From: Mobula hypostoma | Taxonomy: Eukaryota | Length of the DNA stretch: 64,000 nt | Direction: 5' to 3' | Assembly (NCBI RefSeq): GCF_963921235.1 | Contig: NC_086108.1 | Coordinates: forward strand, 23,064,001 to 23,128,000 | Shown here: one piece after another, positions 13,359 through 26,535 of the stretch | Layout of the letters: every line of letters begins with the position of its first letter | Position numbering within the stretch: the stretch's first letter is position 1 | The notes under the pieces: model-generated | Databases searched by the model: none | What the model was told of the DNA's origin: nothing | What the model saw: the letters and a program-made list of their open reading frames with translations, nothing else | Made by a program: the position numbers and the translations under genes

Positions 13359-14009
13359 GATAGGATCACTGAACTTCAACTATGGAGTGTTTTACCCAAA
13401 TGCTCTGGTTTCAAATTCAAAGTTCAAAGTAAAATTTATTATCAGAGTACATATATGTCACCACATACAGTCCTGATGTTCTTTTCCTGTGGGAATACTC
13501 AGCAAATCTATTAAACACTAACTGTAAACAAGATCAATTAACAACAAAGTGTGCAAATGCAAACATGAATAAATAGCAATAAATAATGAGAGCATGCAAT
13601 AACAAAAGAAAGAGTCTTTAATGTGAAATATTTGGTTGTGGGAACAACAAAAATAGAATGAATGTAGTTATCTTCTTTTGCTCAAGAGCCTGGTGGTTGA
13701 GGGGTGGTAACTGTTCTTGAACCTGCTGGTGCGAGTATTCCCACCTTGCAAAGACAAGCCGGGTGGTCAGGTAACTGACTACTGTAACTTGCCCCTAGTG
13801 TGTAAAGGAGGGGTTGATAGGATGTAAGGAGAGTGGATGGGAATGTGGGATGAATATTTTACAAGGATAATTAGTGGGAAAATAGGATTGATTTGTGAGT
13901 CAGCATAGACTCAATGAGTTGAATGGCCTGTTTCTGTGTTATAAGGAGATATAGAAGTGTCAGCAGGGTCAGTGTTGGGAGGATATCCAACACCTGGCAG
14001 GGGAGAGAC

Positions 14010-14775
14010 CATGATCATTAAAGGGTTAATGGCACCTAATGGTGACTCCTTTGCTTGCCTCTTTGGAAACAGCTCTATTTCCAGCTTTAATGTCTCTATT
14101 TTTCCCTTTCAGGGTTCTTTTGAAGTCCCTGACCTGGAATTACACTCTCGGGGTTTCATGAATGGTCGTTTTTCAGCACGCCAAGGGCGCGGCCTAAAAA
14201 CTTTGCTTGCCTTCGGAGGACCGAGATTTCGTGGCTCTGGAGACGGGGGGTGGGGGGGATCGGAGGTCAGTATCTGGGCAGGAGATCGATGTGTTGTGGG
14301 AAATGGAAGATCTAAGTTTGTGTGCCCAGAGACCTGAGATCTTTCAGAAAAAAGCAACGCAACAGACTTTTAACATCGTAAATCAGTGAGACGTTTGTTA
14401 TGTCTCCCTTCTCGCTGTGAAACAGAGACATTTCTTTCTCCCTTATTCGGGAGGGAGAGAGCCTGTGGTATGCTGAATGCCGGGTGAACGATGTAGTCTT
14501 TGGAGTTCTGCAAGTCTGTGCCTTTGCTGTTGCTTTGCTCACACTCGGTGGCCAGTACCAATGCTTTCTTTTTGCCAGTGGGGGGGTCTTTGTTTGCTGC
14601 CGCTTATGAGTGGGAGGGAGGAGAACCGGGGGAGGTGGTTTTGGGGTTCTAACATTTAACTGTCATTCATTCTTTGGGGGCACTCTTCTATTTTCATGGA
14701 TGGTTGCGAAGAAAAAGCATTTCAGGATGTATATTGTATACATTTCTCTGACATTAAATGCGCCTTTGAAACCTT
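14010..14775 (+). mobile_element. Long LINE 3' UTR-type repeat (Rex1/Babar-like); related copies near 41180-41950 and 43060-43350
   Basis: Shared ending ttcagg(a/t)tgtatattgtatacatt; no coding signal. Confidence 0.55.
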
Positions 14776-14952
14776 ACCCCCTAAAAGGGAAGGATGGATG
14801 AAACTGAGGAGAGTTAACTTCAGGCACTCAGAGTCGGTAGCTTTAGGGTGCCATGCTGCAGGGTCAGAATCTCATTGACCCGACATGATGAGGAGGCCAA
14901 AAATAGCCAGGGTCAATTAAAAATAAACAGAAGGTGTTTTACCTTCTTGCAG

Positions 14953-15039
14953 GCTTCATTATTAAGGAGACAGGAAGAGAGGAAGCTGCGGATGAAGCAT
15001 CCAGCCATTTTCCTGCTGTGTGTTCTTTCGTTGGATCAG
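14953..15039 (+). other. Candidate 87-nt exon in unique sequence
   Basis: Acceptor gtgttttaccttcttgcag, donor CAG|gtgaga, length divisible by 3, two open frames (ASLLRRQEERKLRMKHPAIFLLCVLSLDQ; FIIKETGREEAADEASSHFPAVCSFVGS). Confidence 0.3.
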
Positions 15040-15299
15040 GTGAGACTGTGTTTGTTCCCACATTCAATCCCATTGTACCTGACCTGGTTCTGCCCATCTG
15101 CCTTAGCCTCCTGACCTTTAACATCCTTGCTTAGGAGAAGTCTAGCACAGTTTTGAAATCTCCTTTTAATCGCCAGCCTTAACAACTTCTCAGAGAGTTC
15201 CAGATTTCTGTGCAGCTTATGTTGGACTTGTCACAGGAGCAGAGCTTTGGAAGTGATGTAAATGCCGCCAGACTGCGAGCCAGCTCCCATAATTCTTCT

Positions 15300-15580
15300 G
15301 CTGTCCCTGACAGTAGTGTGCGCCAATCTTCTGAGTAAGATGGCCAGCCCCAGTTCAGAGTCAGCTTGCAGATTCCAGTACATTCGCTCCCACAGCCCCT
15401 CCCTGCTACTGTCAAATCAATCAAGTTGGCTCTTCATACATCCCAGGGGCTGCCAGAGACGACAGCATGTTTACACAAGCAATGGCTCTCTGCACTTTCC
15501 CTGTCAAATTTCCAGACAACGCTTCTTCTTCCAAGTGTATTGACTGGGGGCAGGGTATAGGGGTGCTGATTGATGCACAG
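15300..15580. promoter_or_regulatory. Putative Pbx-Hox/Meis enhancer motif cluster
   Basis: TGACAG 15308, CTGTCA 15409 next to ATCAATCA 15416-15423, CTGTCA 15501, TGATTGAT 15567-15574, in repeat-free DNA. Confidence 0.45.
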
Positions 15581-16541
15581 TGAGTGGGGGAAGGAGGGGG
15601 TAGGCCAGATAGAATCGGGGATTGTGATGGAGGAAAAGAAAGATTCCAAACAAGACAATATATGAAGAGAGCATAGGCTATCTGGTGCAATAGATTTGGT
15701 GTTTGCTGCTTTAACAAGGTGACTGTTGGGAGTGAACTGAACAGTAAAAGTGATGAGCAGCAGAAATCTGCAGGTTCGGAGTAGCGGGGCATCACTTAGG
15801 TAGTGAGGCATTTAAGAAGTACTGTGGCACGGAGGTTACCCCTTCCAGTGCCAGCTGGATTCATGAGCACATGCTCAGTCGCTGCTTCTCAGGGTTCGGC
15901 ACCCACCGTCTCTGGCAAAGTACCCAGCAGTTCATACCCCGGGACTGGCAGTCCACTTGCTGCAGACGGCACAGCCTCCTTCTCCATCGGCTCACTGTCT
16001 CCAAAAGCTGCTTGGAAACTCGCCTCGTGGCACTTGTGGATATGAATAGAAAATTGACGTTTTGGCCCGAGACCCTTCTTCAGGACTTCCAGCACCTGCA
16101 GAATCTCCTGTGTTTACAATGGCACTTGTATCTGAATGTTCTTTGCTGCTGAGCACCTTTAGTCAGGTTGTAATGTAACAGTGGCATCTCTATGGCAAGC
16201 AAAGGAAGGGCGATAATGTAACAAACCACGTTGTAATAGAAAAGGGGCAATAATCTTGCAACAGAGGCAGCACTGCAATATTGTGGAGAGAATTCCAGAA
16301 TACACCAGGCTGTAATCTAATCACGTTGCAATATGATAGAGGCAGAATTGAAGTATGACACTGTTAAAGTGTTGGATGTGGTGGTGGACCATTACATTGC
16401 AATAAATTCAGCTCTGTATTATAGTAATGACATCAGTGCATCAGTCAGCAGTGCTGTATAAGATTAGAGTGCAGAACATTAATTGATATTTAACCAAGCT
16501 GGTTTAATGGAGGTGATGTTGCAACATAACAAAACACATGC

Positions 16542-16910
16542 TAGCACTGCGTTTTATAATTTAGCAATACACACAGAGTAATGTAAAGCTAGCATTGCAT
16601 TTTATAATTTAACAATACACAGAGTAATATAAAGCAAGCACTGCATTTTATAATTTAGCAATACACACAGAGTAGTGTAAAGCTAGCATTGTGTTTTATA
16701 ATTTAACAATACACAGAGTAATTTAAAGCTAGCATGTGTTTTATAATTTAGCAATTCACATGAGTACGGTAAAGCTAGCATTGCGTTTTATAATTTAGCA
16801 ATACACACAGAGTAATGTAAAGCTAGCACTGCGTTTTATAATTTAGCAATACACACAGGATAATGTAAAGCTAGCACCGCGTTTTATAACTTAGCAGTAC
16901 ACACGGAGTA
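16542..16910. repeat. 46-48 bp tandem repeat, about 7.8 copies
   Basis: Unit tagcactgcgttttataatttagcaatacacacagagtaatgtaaagc; starts 16542, 16590, 16636, 16684, 16730, 16776, 16824, 16872. Confidence 0.97.
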
Positions 16911-16911
16911 G

Positions 16912-17150
16912 GACCTTTGAGCCACACCACACTAGCAACCCCTGACATAGCTGGTTAACCCTTGCCTAATCAGTGGACAATTTATAATGGTACATATTTG
17001 GGGGGAACTGGAGGGCCCGGAGAAAACCCATACATCCCACGGGGAGGACATCCAGAGACTCCTTACAGAACGGCACCGGAACTGAGCTGCAGATTCCGGA
17101 ACGCCCCGAGCTGTAGTAGTGTCCTGCTAACCACTGTGCTACTGTGGCAC
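16912..17150 (-). mobile_element. tRNA-derived SINE
   Basis: Minus strand reads ggtgccacagtagcacagtggttagc (A box) ... ggttttctccgggccctccagttcc core. Confidence 0.75.
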
Positions 17151-17354
17151 CCGGAACAGCTGTGAGTAAAACACAGAATTCTGCAAAATAACAGCAGCAA
17201 GTCTATAATTTAACTGCCTTAATATACATTGTTATGACGTAACTGAGGCAAATATAGAAAAGAAGGCACTCAAAACCACCTTGTGATAATCCGAAGGCAC
17301 TGGGCTAATATTACGTAGAGTGTGTTTTATAAAGTTACGGCCAGAGCTACACTA

Positions 17355-19655
17355 TACCCCTTGGGTAAGACTGACCATAATATGGTGGAATTCTTCATTA
17401 AGATGGAGAGTGACATAGTTAATTCAGAAACAAAGGTTCTGAACTTAAAGAGGGGTAACTTTGAAGGTATGAGACGTGAATTAGCTAAGATAGACTGGCA
17501 AATGACACTTAAAGGATTGATGGTGGATATGCAATGGCAAGCATTTAAAGATTGCATGGATGAACTACAACAATTGTTCATCCCAGTTTGGCAAAAGAAT
17601 AAATCAAGGAAGGTAGTGCACCTGTGGCTGACAAGGGAAATTAGGGATAGTATCAATTCCAAAGAAGAAGCATAGAAATTAGCCAGAGAAAGTGGCTCAC
17701 CTGAGGACTGGGAGAAATTCAGAGTTCAGCAGAGGAGGACAAAGGGCTTAATTAGGAAGGGGAAAAAAGATTATGAGAGAAAACTGGCAGGGAACATAAA
17801 AACGGACTGTAAAAGCTTTTATAGATATGTAAAAAGGAAAAGACTGGTAAAGACAAATGTAGGTCCCCTGCAGACAGAAACAGGTGAATTGATTATGGGG
17901 AGCAAGGACATGGCAGACCAATTGAATAATTACTTTGGTTCTGTCTTCACTGAGGAGGACATAAATAATCTTCCAGAAATAGTAGGGGACAGAGGGTCCA
18001 GTGAGATGGAGGAACTGAGCGAAATACATGTTAGTAAGGAAGTGGTGTTAGGTAAATTGAAGGGATTGAAGGCAGATAAATCCTCAGGGCCAGATGGTCT
18101 GCATCCTAGAGTGCTTAAAGAAGTAGCCCAAGAAACAGTGGATGCATTAGTGATAATTTTTCAAAACTCGTTAGATTCTGGACTAGTTCCTGAGGATTGG
18201 AGGGTGGCTAATGTAACCCCACTTTTTAAAAAAGCAGGGAGAGAGAAACCGGGGAATTATAGACCGGTTAGCCTAACGTTGGTGGTGGGGAAACTGCTGG
18301 AGTCAGTTATCAAGGATGTGATAACAGCACATTTGGAAAGCGGTGAAATGATCGGACAAAGTCAGCATGGATTTGTGAAAGGAAAATCATGTCTGACGAA
18401 TCTCATAGAATTTTTTGAGGATGTAACTAGTAGAGTGGATAGGGGAGAACCAGTGGATGTGGTATATTTGGATTTTCAAAAGGCTTTTGACAAGGTCCCA
18501 CACAGGAGATTAGTGTGCAAACTTAAGGCACACGGTATTGGGGGTAAGGTATTGGTGTGGGTGGAGAATTGGTTAGCAGACAGGAAGCAAAGAGTGGGAA
18601 TAAACGGGACCTTTTCAGAATGGCAGGCGGTGACTAGTGGGGTACCGCAAGGCTCAGTGCTGGGACCCCAGTTGTTTACAATATATATTAATGACTTGGA
18701 TGAGGGAATTAAATGCAGCATCTCCAAGTTTGCGGATGACACGAAGCTGGGTGGCAGTGTTAGCAGTGAGGAGGATGCTAAGAGGATGCAGGGTGACTTG
18801 GATAGGTTGGGTGAGTGGGCAAATTCATGGCAGATGCAATTTAATGTGGATAAATGTGAAGTTATCCACTTTGGTGGCAAAAATAGGAAAACAGATTATT
18901 ATCTGAATGGTGGCCGATTAGGAAAAGGGGAGGTGCAACGAGACCTGGGTGTCATTATACACCAGTCATTGAAAGTGGGCATGCAGGTACAGCAGGCAGT
19001 GAAAAAGGCAAATGGTATGCTGGCATTTATAACGAGAGGATTCGAGTACAGGAGCAGGGAGGTACTACTGCAGTTGTACAAGGCCTTGGTGAGACCACAC
19101 CTGGAGTATTGTGTCTAGTTTTGGTCCCCTAATCTGAGGAAAGACATCTTTGCCATAGAGGGAGTACAAAGAAGGTTCACCAGATTGATTCCTGGGATGG
19201 CAGGACTTTCATATGAAGAAAGACTGGATGAATTGGGCTTGTACTCGTTGGAATTTAGAAGATTGAGGGGGGATCTGATTGAAACGTATAAGATCCTAAA
19301 GGGATTGGACAGGCTAGATGCAGGAAGATTGTTCCCGATGTTGGGGAAGTCCAGAACGAGGGGTCACAGTTTGAGGATAGAGGGGAAGCCTTTTAGGACC
19401 GAGATTAGGAAAAGCTTCTTCACACAGAGAGTGGTGAATCTGTGGAATTCTCTGCCACAGGAAACTGTTGAGGCCAGTTCATTGGCTATATTTAAGAGGG
19501 AGTTAGATATGGCCCTTGTGGCTACAGGGGTCAGGGGGTATGGAGGGAAGGCTGGGGCGGGGTTCTGAGTTGGATGATCAGCCATGATCATAATAAATGG
19601 TGCAGGCTCGAAGGGCCGAATGGCCTACTCCTGCACCTATTTTCTATGTTTCTAT
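17355..19655 (+). mobile_element. Young 5'-truncated CR1 LINE, ORF2 nearly intact
   Basis: ORFs 17322..17675, 17889..19118 ([27 protein letters not shown]) and 19185..19568 lie in one frame separated by single stops; (tttctatg)n tail. Confidence 0.97.
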
Positions 19656-21069
19656 AACAGACTAGAATGAAGAAGCTACTGCAACAGAAACATACCAAAG
19701 TAAACTTATCATCAAAGTACCTATATGTCACTACATATGTACATCGCTGAGATAAATTTTCTTGTGGGCAATCACAGTAAATACAAGAAGCTCAACAGAA
19801 TCACCGAAAGACCAGACCCAACAGGACAAACGACCAATGTGCCATAAAAAGCAACAAACTGCAAATGCAAAAAGAAAGAGAGACAAAAAATCATTACTGT
19901 AGGTAACTCTTTCCAGGAGGATACTGGGCATACTTCAAACAGACTGAGCTGAGGGAGAAGGATGTGGTATCATGATGGCCAAGACAGTGGAATGAACACT
20001 GGGAAACAAGTGCCCGAGAAAGGCTACACACAGGCTCAATAGTCAAGGAGTCAGAGTTGTACAGCACTGAAACCAGCCCTTCAGAGACCTCATCCCTGCC
20101 AACCATTTTGTGCATCTGCATTCATCCCATTTAACCACGTTGCTCTATATCTCTCTATGACTTGCCTTTCGAAGGGTCTGTCTGAATGTCTCTTTAAGTG
20201 TAGTAATTGTATCTGATTCCACCATCTCCCGTAGCAGAGAGATCTAGATATTAACTACTCCCCATACAAAAAATCACTCTCAAATCCTCTTTAAAATACA
20301 TCTTAAACCTATGTCCATGATTTTTGATATCTCTGTCATGGCCTAATGTTAAGTATGGCCTAATCAATGTCTTCTAATGTTGAAATATAATGACTGAACT
20401 CCTGTGATACGTGTCCTGTCCTATGAAGAGAAGTTTGCTATATGCCTTCTTCAGCAACTTTTCAGGGAAAGAGCCTTTGAGAGAGAGGAGTTACCTAAGC
20501 CTGGGTGAGTTGTGAGACTGACAGAGAACATGATATTCAACATGCAGTGAGTGTCAGTAATACTCAGATCAAACTGACTGGTGACTCACAGCCATGACCA
20601 AAGGCCTTATCCTAGGACCCTGGACCCTGGGACCAAATGGGAGAAGCTAAGAAGGAGAGAGATGACGATGAAATGTATGCAACCTCCTGAACAAAACAGG
20701 AAGTTGCAGAATATTCTGTTTGATGCCACTGCCATACAAAACGTGGCTGTTTTATTTGGTAAACTTGGGATTTCAAAGGGTTGATTATAGCCATAAAATC
20801 TGGGCACCAGAAATTCTGCAGAAGCAGTGGGATAATTTCACACAGGTAATGTTACCCAAGGGAATATATATTGGCTGTAAGCAGGGTATTAATTCTTTAA
20901 AGGTTAATCCATCACTCTTTGCTGTTAAACCTTTTTATGTGTTTTCCAAATTTACCGCAGCAATTTATGCCTGTATCTTTGCAGTTCATTTTATTTAGCT
21001 TAAAACCCCTAATTTCAGATTAAATAAAATCACTTTCAATATTTAGATAAAATTCATCACATTATAACC

Positions 21070-21675
21070 ACCCTTCCTTAAGTGCTTCTTAACAATCTAA
21101 TTACCTCATTTTCATTACACAGTAGTAGCTCTAAAATAATCTTTTTCTCTTGTTGGTTCTTCAACACATTGATCTGTCAAAACCATCTCTTACACACTCC
21201 ATGAATTCATGCCCCACACCATTACTGTTTATTTGGTTTGCCCGATCCACATATACGTTAAAGTTCCTTGTGATTGCTGTATTACCCTTGTTGCACCAGT
21301 CTCTAATTTCCTGATTTATACTCGAATCTACAATAAGGTCACAGATAAGAAAACTATGGACAGCTTCCATGACTGGATTCTGCTCCTTTTTATTCTTAGC
21401 TCTAAGCAGACTGATTCAATTTCTTGATTTTCAGAACTTTTCCTCCTTATTGCCTTTAGCTCATCATTTTTCATTAGAATTATCCTCCCTCCTTTTTCTA
21501 ATTTGGCTGTCTCTTCTAAAAGTTAGGTGTTATGGAATACTGAACCACCAGCCTTGGTCACTTTGTAATATGTCTTAGTATTAAATACCACCATTTTATT
21601 AGTATTCGTGCCACTAATTTATTGATCTTGTTACGAATGCTATGTGCATTCAAATAAGGAGCCTTCCATTTTATC
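21070..21675 (-). mobile_element. Old CR1 ORF2 endonuclease fragment
   Basis: YLNAHSIRNK start; EIRDWCNKGNTAITRNFN, EFMECVRDGF. Confidence 0.8.
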
Positions 21676-24555
21676 ATCAATGTACTGTACTTAAATGCAT
21701 GCAGCATTAGAAATAAAGTGGATGACCTTGCTGCACAGCTGCAGGTTAAAAGATATGACATTGTGGCCATCACCGAGTCATGGCTAAATGATGGATGTGA
21801 TTGGGAGCTGAATATCCAAGGATACACAGTGTATAGAAAAGATAGGAAGGTAGGTAAAGGGGGTGGCGTGGCCCTGATGGTAAGTAACGATATCAAATCA
21901 ATAGAAAGAAGGGATATAGGATCAGAAGAGGTAGAATCCTTATGGGTAGAATTAAGAAACGGCAAGGGTAAAAAGACACAAATAGCAGTTATATACAGGC
22001 CTCCAAACAGCAGCCGGGGTGTGGACTACAAGTTGCAGCTGGAAATAGAAAAAGCGTGTCAGAAAGAAAATGTCAAGATATTTATGGGGGATTTTAATAT
22101 GAAAGTTGATTGGGAAAGTCAGGAAGGTAATGGATCTCAGGAGAGGGAGTTTGCAGAATGCCTACAGGATGGCTTTTTGGAGCAGCTTGTCCAGAAGCCC
22201 ACCAGGGGACCGGCTGTTTTGGATTGGGTGCTGTGCAATGAATCTGAGGCGATTAGGGAGCTGGAGGTAAAGGAACCCCTTGGAAGTAGTGATCATAATG
22301 ATTGAGTTCAGTTTCAAATTTGAAAAGGAGAAGCTGGTATCAGGTGTATCGATATTTCAGTGGAACAGAGGAAATTACAGTGGTATGAGAGAGGAACTGG
22401 CCCAAGTCGATTGGAAAAGTAAGCTAAATGGAGGGACGGCAGAGCAGAATTGGATGAAATTCCTACAAGAAATAAGGAAAATGCAGGAAAAAATATATTC
22501 CAAGAAAAAAGAAAATGGAAAAATGGCACAAATGTGGCTAACGAGAGAGGTTAAGGCAAAAATAAAAGCAAAAGAAATGGCGTACAAGGAAGCAAAAATT
22601 AGTGGAGAAAATGAGGACTGGAAGACTTTTAAAAACTTACAGAAGGAAACTAAGAAAGTCATTAGGAAAGAAAAGATGAATTATGAAAGGAAGTTGGCGA
22701 TTAACCTAAAAAAGGATACTAGAAGTTTTTTTTAAATATATAAAGAGTAAAAGAGTGACAAGGGTAGATACGGGACCGATTGAAAATAATGCTGGAGAAA
22801 TTATAATGGATAACAAAGAGATGGCGGAGGAACTGAATGAGTATTTTGCATCAGTCTTCACAGTGGGAGACATGAGCAATATACCTGATAGCCAGAGGTA
22901 TCAGGGAATAGAATTAGGTACAGTCAAGATTACTAGAGAGAAAGTGCTTGAGAAGCTAAATGGACTAAGAATAGATAAGTCTCCCGGTCCGGATGAGGTG
23001 CACTCAAGGGTTCTTTAGGAGGTGGCTTTGGAGATTGTGGAAGCATTGGAAATGATCTTCCAGGAATCAATAGACTCTGGCATGGTTCCGGAGGACTGGA
23101 AGGTCGCAAATGTAGTTCCGCTATTTAAGAAAGGAAGGAGGCAGCAAAAAGAAAATTACAGACCTATTAGTCTGACATCGGTAGTTGGAAAGATATTGGA
23201 GTCAATCCTCAAGGACGAGGTTATGGAATACCTCGAGGTGCATGACAAGATAGACCGAAGCCAGCATGGTTTCATGAAGGGAAGATCCTGCTCACCAACC
23301 TATTGGAATTTTTTGAGGTAATCTTGAATAAGATTGACAAGGGAGATGTGGATGTTGTGTATTTAGATTTTCAAAAGGCCTTCGATAAGGTGCCGCATAT
23401 GAGGCTGCTTAATAAGATGAGAGCCCATGGAATTATAGGAAAGATATTGGAATGGGTGGAGCATTGATTGATAGACAGAAAGCAAAGGGTGGGAATAAAG
23501 GGATCCTATTCTGATTGGTTGCCGGTTACTAGTGGTGTTCCGCAGGGGTCGGTGTTGGGGCCGCTTCTTTTTACGATGTATATCGATGATTTGGATTATG
23601 GATTAAATGGTTTTGTGGCTAAGTTTGCGGATGACACCAAGATAGGTGGAGGAGCAGGAAATGTTGAAGAAACGGAAAGGTTGTAGAGAGACTTAGTTAG
23701 TTTAGGAGAGTGGGCAAAGAAATGGCAGATGAGATACAACGTTGACAAATGTACGGTTGTACATTTCGGAAGAAGAAATAATCGGGCAGATTATTATTTA
23801 GATGGGGAGAAAATTCAAAAATTGGAAGTGCAAAGGGGCTTGGGGGTCCTCGTGCAGGATACCCTAAAGGTTAACCACCAAGTTGGATCGGCGGTAAGGA
23901 AAGTGAATGCTATGTTGGCATTCATTTCATGAGGAATAGTGTATAAGAGTAAGGAGGTGTTGATGAGGCTCTATGGGGCATTAGTGAGACCTCATTTGGA
24001 ATACTGTGTGCAGTTTTGGGCCCCCTATCTTAGAAGGGATGTACTGATGTTGGAGAGAGTTCAGAAAAGATTTACGAGGATGATTCCTGGAATGAAGGGG
24101 CTAACATATGAGGAGCGTTTGTTGGCTCTTGGATTGTATTCATTAGAGTATAGAAGAATGAGAGGGGATCTCATAGAAACGTTTCGAATGCTGAAAGGGT
24201 TGGACAGAGTAGATGTGGAAAGGTTGTTTCCCTTGGTGGGTGAGTCCAGGACAAGAGGCCATAGTCTTAGAATTAGAAGGTACCCAGTTAAAACAGAGAT
24301 GAGGAGAAATTTTTTCAGCCAGAGGGTCGTGGATTTGTGGAATACATTGCCACATACAGCTGTGGAGGCCCGATCATTGAGGGTGTTTAAGGAGGAGATT
24401 GGCAGGTATCTAATTAGTCAGGGTATCAAGGGATATGGGGAAAAAGCTGGAAATTGAAACTTAGATAGGTGAATAGTTTAGCTCATGGGGGAGCTGTGGA
24501 GCAGACTCGATGGGCTGAATGGCCTACTTCTGCTCCTTTGTCTTGTGGTCTTGTG
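21676..24555 (+). mobile_element. CR1 LINE, essentially full ORF2 (APE + RT) with frameshifts and stops
   Basis: [52 protein letters not shown]. Confidence 0.97.
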
Positions 24556-24588
24556 AATATGACAGAATTCCCTTGGGTAACTGCATCT

Positions 24589-24863
24589 GGGCGTCACTGT
24601 AGCGTAGTGGTTAGCTCAACGCTCCGGAGTACCGGCGACCCAGGTTCAATTCTCTTTGCTGCCAGTAATGAGTTTGTATGTTTTCCCGTGAGTGCGTGGG
24701 GTGGGTATTCTCCGGGTGCTCCAGCTTCCTCCTGCAGTACCGACCGGTAGGTTAATTGGTAATTGCAGATTGTCCCATAATTAGGCTAGGGCTAAATCAG
24801 ACATTTGCTGGGAGGCATGGCTTGAAGGGCCTATTCCATGGTGTATTTCAATAAATAAATAAA
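24589..24863 (+). mobile_element. tRNA-derived SINE (HE1/V-SINE-like)
   Basis: A box gtagcgtagtggttagc, B box ggttcaattc, core tctccgggtgctccagcttcctc, (aata)n tail. Confidence 0.8.
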
Positions 24864-25169
24864 TCTTCAAACACATTCAGAAAGTTCAACACTATCCAAG
24901 CCAAGGCAACCCACTTCATTGACACCCACTTTTTAAAATCCAAATCTACACTACTCGCTACAGTGTGTGTCATCTGCAGTAGGTATTTTATTCACACGTG
25001 ATGTGGACGTCACTGGAAAAGACAGCTCAGATATTCCATCCCTCGTTGCCCTTGGGAAGATGGTGATGAGAGGAGCTGACCTGATTCTGATAAAGGTTCT
25101 CTCCATCGTGTTGGGAGGGATTCTGCTATTTGGAACTGAAACAATGAAGGAATAATAAAATATCTCCAA

Positions 25170-25495
25170 ATCAGGGGCTTTTTCCCGGGGCTGAAATGGC
25201 TAGCACAAGAGGGCATAGTTTTTTCATAGTTTTAAGGTGCTTGGAAGTAGGTACAGAGGGATGTCAGGGGTACGTTTTTTACGCAGAGAGTGGTGAGTGT
25301 GTGGAATGGGCCGGCGACGGTGGTGGTGGAGGCGGGAACGATAGGGTCTTTTAAGAGACTCCTGGATGGATACATGGAGCTGAGAAAAATAGAGGGCTAT
25401 GGGTAAGCTTAGGTAGTTCTAAGATAAGGACATGTTTGGCACAGCTTTGTGGGCCGAAGGGCCTGTATTGTGCTGTAGGTTTACTATGTTTCTAG
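25170..25495 (+). mobile_element. CR1 3' end
   Basis: tttttacgcagagagtggtgagtgtgtggaatgg; tail tactatgtttcta. Confidence 0.85.
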
Positions 25496-25919
25496 GATTT
25501 TCCTGCTGTCCTTTTCCCTCTGTAAGAAAGCACCACTGGAACAGCCGAGGAGAGTAAACACGGTGTTTTTTTTTTATGTGTGGTGCCTACCTCAGCTGGT
25601 GTTGGAGAAAGTGGGTGTTCAAGGTGGCACAATGTGGCGCAACATAAAGATGTTGTCATGAATTGAAAAGACGGTCCTGCAGCAATACAACTGGGCTTCT
25701 TCAAGACCATATCACAGGCACAGCACCCCTACTGACCTGGAGGACAATGTCAACACTTGCACACTACCTATTCAATTGGAGAATCCTTGGCTTAGTCCAC
25801 TCAATAACTCCAGCCTCAGTTTTTGTCCATTCTGCCCGAGCTGCCACACGATTTTATGCGATCTCCTGGTTTGGAGAATGGAGGAAGTGCTGAGGTCTGA
25901 GTTTGGGGAGGTGGATGGG

Positions 25920-26535
25920 AGAACAGAGAAACCATCTGGCATGCTTGCCTGCATTGCTCAAAGCAGAGAGTATAAGAATTAGGAAATCAAGGTGCTGATG
26001 TATAAAACATCGGTTTGGAGTACTGTGTACAGTTCAGGTCACTCCATTCTGGAAAGGACGAGCAGACTTTGGAGAGAGTACAGAGACAAAACCCTCTTAT
26101 CAGGATGCTGCCGGGATTAGAAGGTATGAGCTACAAGGAAAAGGTAGACAAATTTGTTTTCTCTGAGCATTAGAGGCTCAGGAGAAACCTGACAGAAATT
26201 TATGAGAGGCAGAGAAATGGTGGGCTGCCAAAATCTATTTCCCAGCATAGAAATATCAAATGCTGGAAGGTGAGAGGGGGAAGTTTAAAGGAAATGTGAA
26301 GGGCATGCTTTGACACAGAAAGTGGTAGCTGGCTGCACAGTACGCTGGGATAGTGATGTACAGTGGAAGCAGGTTCAACAGTGGCACTTAAGGGTCTTCT
26401 AGATAGACATGGAAATATGCAGGGAATGGAGGGATATGGATCATGTACAGGCAGAAGGGATTAGTTCAATTTGACATCATGCTTGCCACAGACAGACACC
26501 AGGGCCTGTTCCTGTGCTCTACTGCAGTGTTCTGC
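25920..26535 (+). mobile_element. Degenerate CR1 3' fragment
   Basis: ttggagtactgtgtacagttc; tail gggcctgttcctgtgct. Confidence 0.75.

Noticed and set aside
16542..16910. CRISPR-like array
   Set aside because: Units abut with no unique spacers, no cas genes, vertebrate context; it is a minisatellite.
17889..19118. 409-aa ORF as a host gene
   Set aside because: CR1 reverse transcriptase bounded by in-frame stops inside a truncated LINE.
20581..20998. Short ORFs in unique-looking DNA
   Set aside because: No recognisable domain and no convincing acceptor-donor pair.
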